A stretch of 59,448 bases of DNA from Candidatus Lindowbacteria bacterium RIFCSPLOWO2_12_FULL_62_27 (GTDB lineage: Bacteria > Lindowbacteria > 2-12-FULL-62-27). Shown here piece by piece: positions 48,737-59,100 of the stretch (position 1 is its first letter; each line of letters opens with the position of its first letter). The stretch is from positions 62,001 through 121,448 of the forward strand of contig MFPR01000041.1 of assembly GCA_001784175.1 (NCBI GenBank). Reading direction: 5' to 3'. A model generated the notes under the pieces. The model made no database searches and was not told the DNA's origin. It worked only from the letters and a program-made list of their open reading frames with translations. The translations under genes were made by a program, and so were the position numbers.

Positions 48737-49404
48737 AAAAATCCCGGGTGCGACCCGAGTCTTCTTCCGTGCGGATTCTGATCGTGGACGATCATCCGGT
48801 CGTCCGCGAGGGTATCGCGGAACGCATTCGCCGGGAACAGGGCTGGTCGGTATGCGGAGAGGCCGAAGATGGCCCCGGCGCAATTGACATGGTCCGAAAA
48901 CGGGCGCCGGATCTGGCCACGGTTGACCTTACGCTGAAAACCGGAGGCGGGCTCGAATTGATCAAGACGCTCAAATCCATTCGCCCCAAACTGAAAGTCG
49001 TTGTGGTGTCCATGCACGATGAGGCGCTCTATGCCGAACGCGCCATCCGCGCGGGCGCCTCGGGCTACGTGTCGAAGCAGGAGCCGATGTCGGAAATCGT
49101 GCGGGCGATTCGGACGGTTCTCGCGGGCGACATCGCCGTGAGCGAAGGGTTCGGCCGGAAAGTCCTTCAGGATTGGGCGGAATCAACGCCGAAGCGCGGA
49201 TCAAAACCGGTCGAATCTTTGAGCGACCGCGAGCTGGAGATTTTGCGTCTGATCGGCGGCGGTCTCGCCACCCGGCAGATCGCGGCGGAATTGAACATCG
49301 GCGTCAAAACGGTCGAGACGTATCGCCTGCGGCTTAAGAAGAAACTGAAACTCACATCCGCCGCCGCGCTGGTCCGTTACGCCGCGCGGAACATCGAGGG
49401 ATAA
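48733..49404 (+). CDS. NarL/LuxR-family response regulator
   Basis: IVDDHPVVREG receiver domain; LSDRELEIL...KTVETYR HTH; ATGA overlap with the kinase. Confidence 0.93.
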   Translation: MKKSRVRPESSSVRILIVDDHPVVREGIAERIRREQGWSVCGEAEDGPGAIDMVRKRAPDLATVDLTLKTGGGLELIKTLKSIRPKLKVVVVSMHDEALYAERAIRAGASGYVSKQEPMSEIVRAIRTVLAGDIAVSEGFGRKVLQDWAESTPKRGSKPVESLSDRELEILRLIGGGLATRQIAAELNIGVKTVETYRLRLKKKLKLTSAAALVRYAARNIEG

Positions 49405-49426
49405 GCCGACCGCCGGCTTTGATTTT
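49403..49426. terminator. Possible short terminator between convergent genes
   Basis: AAGCCG-ACCGC-CGGCTT hairpin followed by TGATTTT. Confidence 0.3.
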
Positions 49427-49449
49427 GGGCATTCGTTGATCAGGCGGCC

Positions 49450-49710
49450 TTAACGATAAACCAACGGATACCGGGCGGGGTCCCGGAGCGCGGACACTTC
49501 CAAATCGACGTCGAGTTTGGGCCAGTGGAGGTGGGTATCGTGGAGGATTCGGACTTGGGACACATCGCTGATCCTCGCGCCTTTGAACCACGGATAGTTT
49601 TTGTATGGAAGGAAATGCTCTTCGCCGGCCAGCCACAGCCAGATGCCGTGGTTGGAAACGTTGGTCACTTCAACTTTTGAAGTGTTTCCGCCACGCGTTT
49701 TTAATTTCAT
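49450..49710 (-). CDS. DUF2442-domain protein (putative antitoxin partner)
   Basis: VTNVSNHGIWL, FLPYKNYPWF, LHWPKLDVDL. Confidence 0.85.
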   Translation of the reverse strand: MKLKTRGGNTSKVEVTNVSNHGIWLWLAGEEHFLPYKNYPWFKGARISDVSQVRILHDTHLHWPKLDVDLEVSALRDPARYPLVYR

Positions 49711-49909
49711 CTTTTCTCTCCCGGACGATTTTTCGGGCTTCGTCCACCCGCTTCTTTGACAATCCATAATTCTTCGCAAGAACAACGGACGGTTCCAACC
49801 AAAACTTTGCTTCCCCGTCGGCGCAATACACGTGAACGTGCATCCGTTTTTCTTCCAGCGAAAAAAAGAAGAACCGGTATCCCTTCCGCCTGAAAACTGT
49901 CGGACTCAT
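49670..49909 (-). CDS. DUF4160-domain protein (putative toxin)
   Basis: MSPTVFR..GYRFFFFS.EE..HVHV....GEAKFWLEP...W..HF. Confidence 0.88.
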   Translation of the reverse strand: MSPTVFRRKGYRFFFFSLEEKRMHVHVYCADGEAKFWLEPSVVLAKNYGLSKKRVDEARKIVRERKDEIKNAWRKHFKS

Positions 49910-50091
49910 TGTACATTATCGCATGGCCGTTGACGGTTGTAAATTTGTCTTGCCTGACGGCAGCGATTCCGCATATGGACGGCGGACCGCTACTGGCGTG
50001 ATCGATTTTGTTCAAATTCGCATGGCCGCAGTTGTTCCTCCTTCCTCCACAACTGAAATCAACTGAAAAGGGGACAGTGAACTGGGGCTGG

Positions 50092-50179
50092 TTCAACTAC
50101 GAAATGACGCGAATGATCGCGAAAGAAGACAGTTTACCTGTGAATCATTTCGCGTATATTCGCGCCTTTCGTAGTTGAA
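50092..50179. repeat. Long imperfect inverted repeat inside the IS
   Basis: TTCAACTACGAAATGACGCGAATGATCGCGAAA ... TTTCGCGTATATTCGCGCCTTTCGTAGTTGAA. Confidence 0.75.
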
Positions 50180-50245
50180 GGTTTCCAATCCGCCGTCTAC
50201 TGCGGGATTCCATCAACCGAAAGGAAAATAATCGCCGGATCCCTG

Positions 50246-51505
50246 TCATGATGTATCCGGTATAATGTCCGACCCGGCATAGAAATTCGCTTTGATCCGA
50301 TCCACCCAATATCGGATGCTCTTGTCAATGCGCATGGCCGCCTTCACATTCAGACGAATGAAAGCATGAAATAAATTGTACGCCACGAATAATAACAGCC
50401 AGATCACCGTCATCGCGTTCACGTCATGTTTGTAGACGTGGTCGGCGTGCCACTCGTTCACCAATTCGTTGAACCCTTCGTTCTCCACCGCCCAGCGGCG
50501 GTGTCCGCCTTTCACCGCCGCGCGACTTGGGAATTTCTCCTTCGACAACGTCATCACCCACCACCATCCGGCCGTCTTCACCTCCAACCGCCCGTCTTTC
50601 TGCCTTCGAATAGTTTGTGTCTCAACCGTCCGCACCACCCGCACCGGCCGATCCATCGCGTCCCACGACTCAAAGCCCTCCAGGTCCCAGCACCGGTAGA
50701 CCTTTCCGTCTTCCTCCCACTGCTCCGGCGTCATCTTGTCCATCAGCCCCTCCGCGTCCCTCAGCACTTCCCGCCGTTCGTCCTTCAACACCGCCATCGC
50801 GTCCTTCCCATAGTCCAGACACATTTTGAAAAACGGCGCACGGGCATACAAACTGTCCGCCACCACCTTGTCGAAACTCCGGCCATAATCACGGATCACC
50901 CGCTCCAGGCACCTCACCGAGCACGCGACCTCGTCCTCGCCTCCAGCCTGCATCTCCATGTCCAACAAAATCGTCCATTCTCCGCAAACCCACATCGCCG
51001 TCACACACCGATGGTAATACTGGACCCGGTCCTCTTCCGACATGTGGATCGTCCGTTCCAGACAGTCCGGACAGCACCTGAGAAAACTGGCGCTGATCTC
51101 ATGCCCGTCCACCACCACCTGCCCCCGCCCCTCTTCAAACGCTTTCCGAAACGCCTTGTTTCGTTTCATCTTCCGGATCAATTTCCGACTCACCACGCGC
51201 AAATCTTTCGTCTCCACACTCGCCGTGATCCGCCCCATCTGATCCGCTTTCGGCAATCGTCCTCCTACCCACCGTTTGGCAAACCCTCCCCATTGATGCT
51301 GCTCCAGCGCGTTGAAACTCCCCACCCTCGCCAGCAACATCACCAAGAGCCCACGCGCCACAGCCGGCGTCTGGTACTCCCCCTCGCCCTTGCGCGTGTC
51401 GCCCACCTGCCGGATCATCTCCGACAGCCCATAGACCCGATCCGCGTACTTCAATAATCTCCGAAGAATCTCCTCTATCCCTCCCGTTCTCTCAACTTCC
51501 ACCAC
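50246..51505 (-). CDS. DDE transposase (IS4-superfamily/ISNCY-like)
   Basis: VVDG, VVADSLY, GHRRWAVENEGFNELV. Start codon uncertain; overlaps the DUF6788 gene. Confidence 0.88.
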   Translation of the reverse strand: MVEVERTGGIEEILRRLLKYADRVYGLSEMIRQVGDTRKGEGEYQTPAVARGLLVMLLARVGSFNALEQHQWGGFAKRWVGGRLPKADQMGRITASVETKDLRVVSRKLIRKMKRNKAFRKAFEEGRGQVVVDGHEISASFLRCCPDCLERTIHMSEEDRVQYYHRCVTAMWVCGEWTILLDMEMQAGGEDEVACSVRCLERVIRDYGRSFDKVVADSLYARAPFFKMCLDYGKDAMAVLKDERREVLRDAEGLMDKMTPEQWEEDGKVYRCWDLEGFESWDAMDRPVRVVRTVETQTIRRQKDGRLEVKTAGWWWVMTLSKEKFPSRAAVKGGHRRWAVENEGFNELVNEWHADHVYKHDVNAMTVIWLLLFVAYNLFHAFIRLNVKAAMRIDKSIRYWVDRIKANFYAGSDIIPDTS

Positions 51506-51798
51506 TGCACACGTGAAATCTTCTCCAAAAGATCCGTGGCCTCACGATATTCCTTGATCCACATCCGAACTCGTTTCTCCCATGCTTTGGGCACATAGAC
51601 TTGCCGGCGTTTGCCGTTGTCACTTCGTTCCAGCACCAGTTGTACGTGCTTTTCACCCCTCGTGCATTTACATCCTGCCTTGCCGCATGTCCCTTCCCGC
51701 ACGCACAATGTACCGCGCAGGTATTCCCTCCGGTGAACCACTTTGGCCAGCCGGGCTCTCCATTCCCGTTCGGCCGATGTCATTTGACTTCGACGCAT
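51475..51798 (-). CDS. DUF6788-family IS accessory protein
   Basis: RGTL.....CGK.GCKC..GEKH......GKRRQVYVP; AAGGAGG RBS. Confidence 0.82.
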   Translation of the reverse strand: MRRSQMTSAEREWRARLAKVVHRREYLRGTLCVREGTCGKAGCKCTRGEKHVQLVLERSDNGKRRQVYVPKAWEKRVRMWIKEYREATDLLEKISRVQWWKLREREG

Positions 51799-52167
51799 GG
51801 GGCCCTCCTTTCTGATATGTCTGTTAACATATCAGAATTGTATCAAAAGTCAACACCTTTTTCAAATGCGAATTTGCCCGTCTATCCGATGATTTCGATT
51901 CTGTCCGCCTGGGAAGGACTTACGGCCTTACTGGCCCCTTATTTGCGGAATCGCTGGCCTGACGGATTGGGCGGGATCAACAGTTCGAGGGATAATTTTT
52001 CATAGCGGCAAGGCATGTCAGGGATTCCCTGACATCATTATCCTCCCTTCCCTGAATTGACGGCCCCACCGCCTGAAGAGACTTTCAAATAATTTAATGA
52101 AGACCGAAATCGAGCCGTATCGTATTCGTATTTTTTTTGATACAAAGATTGAACTAAGGTACGGACT

Positions 52168-53148
52168 TTGCACAGGAGGAGAGGCCTTCTGAATACATCT
52201 AGTGTCCATGCGCCCGCCGGCTTCCTGCGGCTCGGCGCGCTTCTCGTTTCCATTCTCTGGCTGGCGGCGCCTTTTGCCGACGCCGCCGAAATCCTCTCCG
52301 GCAAACTGTCCGACGTCCGCGGCGACGTGAGAATCCAGCGGCGCGGGTCGAACATCACGTCTCTGGCGCCCTCCGGCACACGCGTCGAGCCGGGTGACGC
52401 CGTCATCACCGGCATGGCGGGCCGCGCCAGGATCGCGATGAAACATGGCGTCCTCCACGTCGATCCGGCCAGTCGGGTTGTCCTCATGCGCGGCCTCGCC
52501 GGGCGGTCCGAGGTATTCGCCGAATTCGCGATGCCGTTCGGGTCCGTGACGGCGCATATTAATATGGAGAAGGGCAAGGAACACTGGTTCGACATCCTGA
52601 CCCTCAACACGCGCGCTCGCGGCCGGGGACACAAGGAAGGGGCGCAACTCGTCGTCCATCACGAAGCCGGCGCGACGACCGTGACCGACAGCGCTTCCGG
52701 CCGGTGGGAACAACTCCCGATGATCCTGCCCAACGAGCCGCCCGCCGTTCAGGCCGTTCTCACCGATGCCGCCAACGCAACAACCTTGGTCAAAACATAT
52801 CTCGACAGTGCATTGAGCGAATCGGTGCTCCGGGCCGTGGATGTCGCGGCCCAGCCGGGCGCGCCGGATCTGATGGCAGTTCAAATCGTGCCCGCGCCGG
52901 TCGTGGAACCAGCTCCTGTCGAACCGCCTCCCGCGAAACCGGCGGAAAGTCCAAAGCCTGCGCCCAAGCCTGAACCGCCCGCGGCGCCCGCACCACAGCC
53001 GCCGCCCGCGCCAGAGCCTCCACCCGCTCCTGCGCCGCCACCACCGCCTCCGCCGCAAACGCCGCCGCTCAAGTTGACGTTGACGCCGCAAGAAGGCAAA
53101 GGCGCCGTGCTTTCCAATTCCGCGACCGTAACGTCCGAGAACAAATAA
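52168..53148 (+). CDS. Secreted FecR-like domain protein with Pro-rich C-terminus
   Basis: Signal peptide; GDVRIQRRG...L..G..V..GDAVITG..GRARI FecR-like pattern; poly-Pro tail. Start codon uncertain. Confidence 0.65.
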   Translation: MHRRRGLLNTSSVHAPAGFLRLGALLVSILWLAAPFADAAEILSGKLSDVRGDVRIQRRGSNITSLAPSGTRVEPGDAVITGMAGRARIAMKHGVLHVDPASRVVLMRGLAGRSEVFAEFAMPFGSVTAHINMEKGKEHWFDILTLNTRARGRGHKEGAQLVVHHEAGATTVTDSASGRWEQLPMILPNEPPAVQAVLTDAANATTLVKTYLDSALSESVLRAVDVAAQPGAPDLMAVQIVPAPVVEPAPVEPPPAKPAESPKPAPKPEPPAAPAPQPPPAPEPPPAPAPPPPPPPQTPPLKLTLTPQEGKGAVLSNSATVTSENK

Positions 53149-53149
53149 G

Positions 53150-56100
53150 ATGCGCTCGATGCTTGCCCGGAACCGCTGGTCGCGCTTCCTCATCCTGTTG
53201 CCTGTAGTCTGTTTCCTGTTGCCTTTCTTTTCGGACACCGCGCTGGCCATGCAGATTTTCGTCAAGACGCAGACCGGCAAAACCATCACGCTCGATGTCG
53301 AACCCTCGGACGCCATCGAGAACATCAAAGCGAAAATTCAGGACAAGGAAGGCATTGCGCCGGGCGAACAGAAACTGATCTTTGCGGGAAAACAACTCGA
53401 GGATGGCCGGACGCTCTCCGACTACAACATCCAAAAAGAATCGACGCTCCACTTGGTGGTGAAAAAGGCGCAAGCGCCGGCCGGGAATCTCAAGATCAGG
53501 CTGTGGGCCTACGCGGGCGCGACGGTAAGCGCCGCGACGTCCGGCGGCGTCCCGCCTTACACATACTCGATCTCAACCAATAACTCCGGCGCGGCGATCT
53601 CCTCCGACGGCCTCTACACGGCCGGGCCGACATCGGGCGTGAGCGACATCATCCGCGTCACCGACGCGGACGGGACGTACCTCGAGGGCGAGGTCGAAGT
53701 CCGGATCGTGCCCGCTCCGAAACTCACCATCGTCTCCATCACCGCCGCGCAGGAAAAATATAATCCGGGCGACAAGGTCACGGGCGAGATCATGATTAAA
53801 AACAGCGGCACGGCCGACGCCGATGCCGTCGTCGACCTCGGGGTTGCCAGTCCGAATGGAAAAGAATCGTACAAAATCGACAACCTGGCGGCCGCGGTGG
53901 AGAAGGGCGCCGAGAAGGCGGTCGCGTATTCGTTCGAACTCAAATCGGACGCGGCCGACGGACAATACAAGGCAAACGCCATCGCAAAGATCGGCTCGCA
54001 AACCGCCGCGGAGTTGGCCGACGTCCATGTGTTCATCGTCGTTCCGAAGCCCAAGCCCAAACCGCCGGTCAACACGGTTGCGCCGCAAATCAGCGGCGGC
54101 ACAAAGGCCGGTGAAAAACTCACGTGCGGCACGGGCGAATGGACCGGCGATCCGACGATAGAATACAGCTACCAGTGGCAGAGGGAAGGCAAGGAGATTT
54201 CCGGCGTGTCGAGCGCCGAATATGTCATCCAGAACGTGGACCCCGGCCTCGCGCTCACCTGCGTCGTGACGGCGAAGAATGATGCCGGATCGGCATCGAA
54301 GCCCGCCCAGAATTCGATCGCTGTCGTACTTGAGCCAGTCACGATCGAACCGGCGAACGTGACTCTGGAGGCGGGAGATGCCGTAACCTTCACCGGCAAA
54401 GGCGGTCGGGCTCCGTACACGTTCGAAGCTTCTAGTAAGACTATCGATGCGTCGACAGGCAAATACACAGCACCGGCAAGCTCGACAGGCGGGTCTGCTG
54501 ATATTTACGATGTGAACGTCTTCGACGACCAAAAAACCGGAGCTCGCGCCGAGGTTTATATCATTCCTCCGAAATTATCCGCTTTCATCACGACGGACAA
54601 GAAAAGTTATCTGCCGGGAGAAGAAGTCCGTGTCACAGTCACTGTCAAGAGCGCAAGTTATTGTGATTGGCAGACGTCCGTCTGGGGTATTTCTGTAAAA
54701 CAGGGTGACGCGCATTCGGGATATGGAAAAGCTGATTTGAATGGGATTCTTATTGTTCCGAAGGGTGGTGAGACATCGTACAAATTTACTTTCAAAGTGA
54801 ACACTAACGGCGTGAAATATGGCACGTATTCGGTTGCTGCGAATTTCAAGCCAACCGTTAAGGCAGACCATATCAAAGACGTACGTATCGCATTGAATCC
54901 AGACCCAGTCCAATTCGAAGTCATCGCGCCCCCGACACCTCCGGCCAACACCGAAGCGCCGAAAATTAGCGGCGACGGACTCGTGGATGGCGAGGCCGGG
55001 ATTGACGTGAAACTTACGTGCTCGACGGGCGAGTGGACGGGCGATCCGACGATCGCGTATTCATATCAGTGGACGAGGGACGGAAAAGACATCACCGACG
55101 CGACAAACGCCGACTACACGACGACCAAGGACGACGCCGGCATGAAACTGAAATGCGTCGTGACCGCGAAAAACGATGAGGGGAAGGCGGCGAAAGAAAG
55201 TTCGAACTCCGCAACCATCGTCGTTCCGGATCTGGTGATCGACCCGACGGAGGCGACGATATCGGAGGAGCAGTCGGTGACGTTCACCGCAAGCGGCGGG
55301 TACGGCAAATATACATTCTCCATCGCGGAAAACAAATCGCGCGGAAATGGGATTAAGGTGAGGGGGGCCAACAATAAATTCATCTATACGGCAGGCGAGC
55401 TGGCCATCGACAACGTGCAGGACGTGGTGGCGGTGAAGGACGAATTGGGCAAGGAGGCCAAAGCGGTTGTCACCGTAAAGCCGGAGGAGCCGGTCAACTC
55501 GGTTGCTCCGCAAATCAGCGGCGACGGACTCGTGGACGGCGAGGCCGGGATTGATGTGAAACTTACATGCTCGACGGGAGATTGGGTGAGCGATCTGGAA
55601 ATTACCTACTGGTTTCAGTGGCGTCGGGACGGCAAGCCAATCGACGGCGCGAATTCGGCCGGCTACACGACGACCCAGGACGACGCCGGCACGAAACTGA
55701 AATGCGTCGTGTCCGCGCATAACGATGCGGGGATGAACTTGAAGGAAAGTTCCAATTCGGTCACCGTCAAGGCGGCGGAGCTGACGATTTCACCGGCGCA
55801 GGAAAGCGCTACCGCGGGCGCGGTGATCACGCTTCAGGCGGCCGGCGGCGAGCCGCCCTACGAATTCAGTTTCATCGAAAACAATTCAAACGCGGAGCTG
55901 ACTCGAGACGAGGAGGCCACGGATCTATCGCCGGACATCTACTACACCGCCGGCGCGCCGGAGATGGATGTGATCGATCAGGTTCAGGTCAAGGACAAGC
56001 TCGGCGCCACCGCGGTTGCGTCGCTGACCGTCACCGCTCCGCCTCCGGTGGATAATGGCGATGGACAGGGCGAGGGCGGCGGATCCAATCAAAACGATTA

Positions 56101-59100
56101 CTATGACAACGACGGCGACGACGGCGGCGGATCCAACATCGGCGGCGGCGGGTCGAAAGGCCCCTACAAGAAGGGGGCGACGGTCAAGGCGATCAACGCC
56201 AACAATCCGAGCCAGGTTGTCACCGGCGAGATCCTCGACGACAACGGGAACTTCTTCCTCACCGTCCCGTGGTCCGGCCCGACCCTCATACGGATATCCG
56301 GCCCCTTCGTGGACGAATTCACCGGCGAAGTGAAGACGATCGACGAGCCGATCGAGGGGGTCGTGAACGCCCAGAACCACGACACGGTTAACTGTTCCAT
56401 TCACATCCCCTCGACCATCGCGAGCAACATCGTGGAGGACAAAATGAAAGCCGACCCGTCCAAAAAAATCACGCCCGTGGACGTCGTCTCGGCGAACCGC
56501 AAAGTGGGCAAGATGCTCGGCCTCTCGGGCGACATCGACGTCAGCCGGATCGACATCCGGGACACCTCCATTCCGAATGCGGAAAAGCTCCTGAACTTCC
56601 AGATCTCCGTCGCCGCCAACGCGGGAGTCGAGAAGGCGATCGAGGCCGCGAAGCAGATCGCGGTAGAATTTGCGCGGAATAAACCGGCGGGCTCGTCGCG
56701 CGGCGGCGTGGTCAAGGCGGCCGAATTGAAGAAGACGCTGGAGAATATCGAGGCGGGACGAAATATCTCCGTAAAAACGGAAAGCGGCAAAACGATCAGC
56801 GTTGCTCCGGCCACCGTCATCAAGAACGTCGTCGTGCAACGCCGGCCGCCGCCCCGGCCAGTGGCCGAGCCCGCCAAAAAGCCCGGCGCGAAGGAGAGAT
56901 TGAGCGACAAGATGGTTCCGCCCGGATACAAATATGAATTGATCTACAAGGACAATTCGGGTCAGCAGAAATCGCGGATATACAAAGAGGGCGAACGGCT
57001 GTTCGCCGACGACATGGCGGAATTCATCAAGATCAAAGTCCTGCGCGCCGATACGGCGCCGGCCGAGCCCGCCGATGCCCGGATCAACGAGGCCAAAAAA
57101 ATTCTGGCGGGAATGGCCGACGCGTTGAACAAAAAAGATGTCAGCGGCATGACCGCCCCGGTCGCGCCTGACGCGATCGTGACGATGAATGGCAGGCGGT
57201 CCGACGGCGCGGGCCTGCGGCAACTGCTCGATGCGGCGCTTCCCCTCCTGGACAATGTCCAATGGAACCTGCAAATCCAATCGGCAGCGGTCGACCCCAA
57301 AACCGGAAACGTCCGTGTGCGGGTGACGTCGTCGTATTCGGCCGAACTCATGGAACCGGTCGGCGTGACGCGCGAGTCGCTGCCGAAACCGGAAGAGGTC
57401 AAGGCCTATCAGATGCGGCTCCTGGAATCGTTGCGGTCCACTTCCGACGAAATCTATGAATTCAAATCAACCACCGCCGGCCTGCAACTGGTCGAGATGG
57501 TCTCCGGTCTGCCCTTCAGCGCCGACCTGGCCGACAAAATCTCCAGCCTCATGGCGGCGTGGCGGGTGAAAGTCACGGTGTTCGGGCTGTTCGATCATCT
57601 GGAACAGAACAATCTCGCAAAATTCTCGGAACTCATCGCTGAAGCCTTCGTCAACAACGACGACAACAATTTCAAACACAACCGCGCCGATTTTATCGAG
57701 TCCATCAAAGCCGACCTCGACCACCTCACGGCGATTGACCACGGCGTCCGCGTCGAGGACATCCAGTTCACCGCGGACCATTCCATCGCGCGCGTCCCCG
57801 TCACGTGGGACCGCCGCGCCCGCATCGCCAACACGCGCTCGGAGTGGACGGTCAAAAATCAGAAAACGACGCTGACGCTGACAAACGGCGGTCTGTTCAG
57901 GCTCGCGCAGATCGAAGGCAAGCCCCTGTTCGGCAACTCGAGCCGCCTGACGCGAAAGACCTTGATCCGCGCGGGCGAACTCGACGGCGTGACGGTGACG
58001 AAAGCGGTCGTCATCGGCGACGGGCGGGACACCGCGGCCGCGACGAGCGCCGACGTGCCGGAAATGCCGGCGGAGAACATCTCAAGCCTCAACATAAGCA
58101 CAGAGATCAGCAACGGGACCATCTCTTCCAATCCAACGGTTGATCAGACGTGGAAGGGCAACATCACGATCACCTCGAACATCACGATCCCCTCCGGGAT
58201 CAAGATCACCGTCGTATCGGGCGCTGTCATCACGCTGTCCGACAACGTGACGATTACCGTCGCGGGAACATTGGAGCCGACCAGCGCGACGTTCACGTCC
58301 GGGACAACGTGCGGCCTCACGATCTCCAGCGGCGGGACCGTGACGTCGGCCGGCACAAGCTACACATGGGGCAACAACTCGACAATCACCGTCGCGTCCG
58401 GCGGGACGGCGACGTTCACCAGCGGCACGTGGTCCATGGGCACGGGCACGACCATCGCCGCCAGCGGCACGCTCTCGGCGACGAGCGCCACGTTCAAGGC
58501 GGCCTCGACAAGGTGGGGCGGGATGACGATCGCGTCCGGATCGGCCGTGACGATCACGAGTTGCACGATGAAGGAAGCCGACACGCTCATCATCACGACC
58601 GCCGCCAGCCCGACGATTTCCAGCAACACGCTCAATCCTGTCCGGTGCGCCATCCAGGTCAAATCGAGCGGGTCTCCCGTCATTACGGGGAACACCATCA
58701 CGTCTCTGTCGGGGTCGTTCATTGCCGCCATGGCGCTCGATGTCGGCGTCAATTCTTCCGCCAGCATTTCTTTCAGCAACAACACCATCACGAAACTCGG
58801 GTCGGCCGTTCCCAATGTGAGTATCGATTACAACGCCAATATCCAGATTCGGTCGGGTTTCACCGGCACATTCACGTCCTCGGGCAACCGATTGACCGGC
58901 GATCACACCGGCGCGGTGTCCGGCACGGCGCTCAATACGTATGGCGTTATTCTCGCCACGGACGCCGGTTCGGCCACATTCACAAATGATGTCTTTAACG
59001 AGTTTGCGGTTGGACTCGAAAACCGCGGATCTGATAATGATTATACCGGCGCGGACCAGGGCATTTCCCTCACCTTCACGAACTGCGACTTCACGCACAA

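Larger units (their letters stand above)
49961..51956 (-). mobile_element. Complete 1996-bp IS (DUF6788 + DDE transposase) with TIRs and 9-bp target-site duplication
   Basis: Left end CAGCGATTCCGCATAT; right end ATTTGCGGAATCGCTG (15/16 inverted match). GCCTGACGG is duplicated at 49952-49960 and 51957-51965. Confidence 0.92.

Noticed and set aside
50066..50090. AAAAGGGGACAG as the end of another Y1-type element
   Set aside because: No partner inverted end or second transposase was found.
53249..53458. Ubiquitin as eukaryotic contamination
   Set aside because: It is in frame between a bacterial signal peptide and bacterial domains, has host-like codons, lacks the GG tail and has no polyubiquitin or ribosomal-protein fusion. 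Read-level confirmation is still advisable.
52018..53473. Minus-strand ORFs 52018-53328 and 53069-53473
   Set aside because: Antisense shadows of the FecR-like and ubiquitin-coding sequence.
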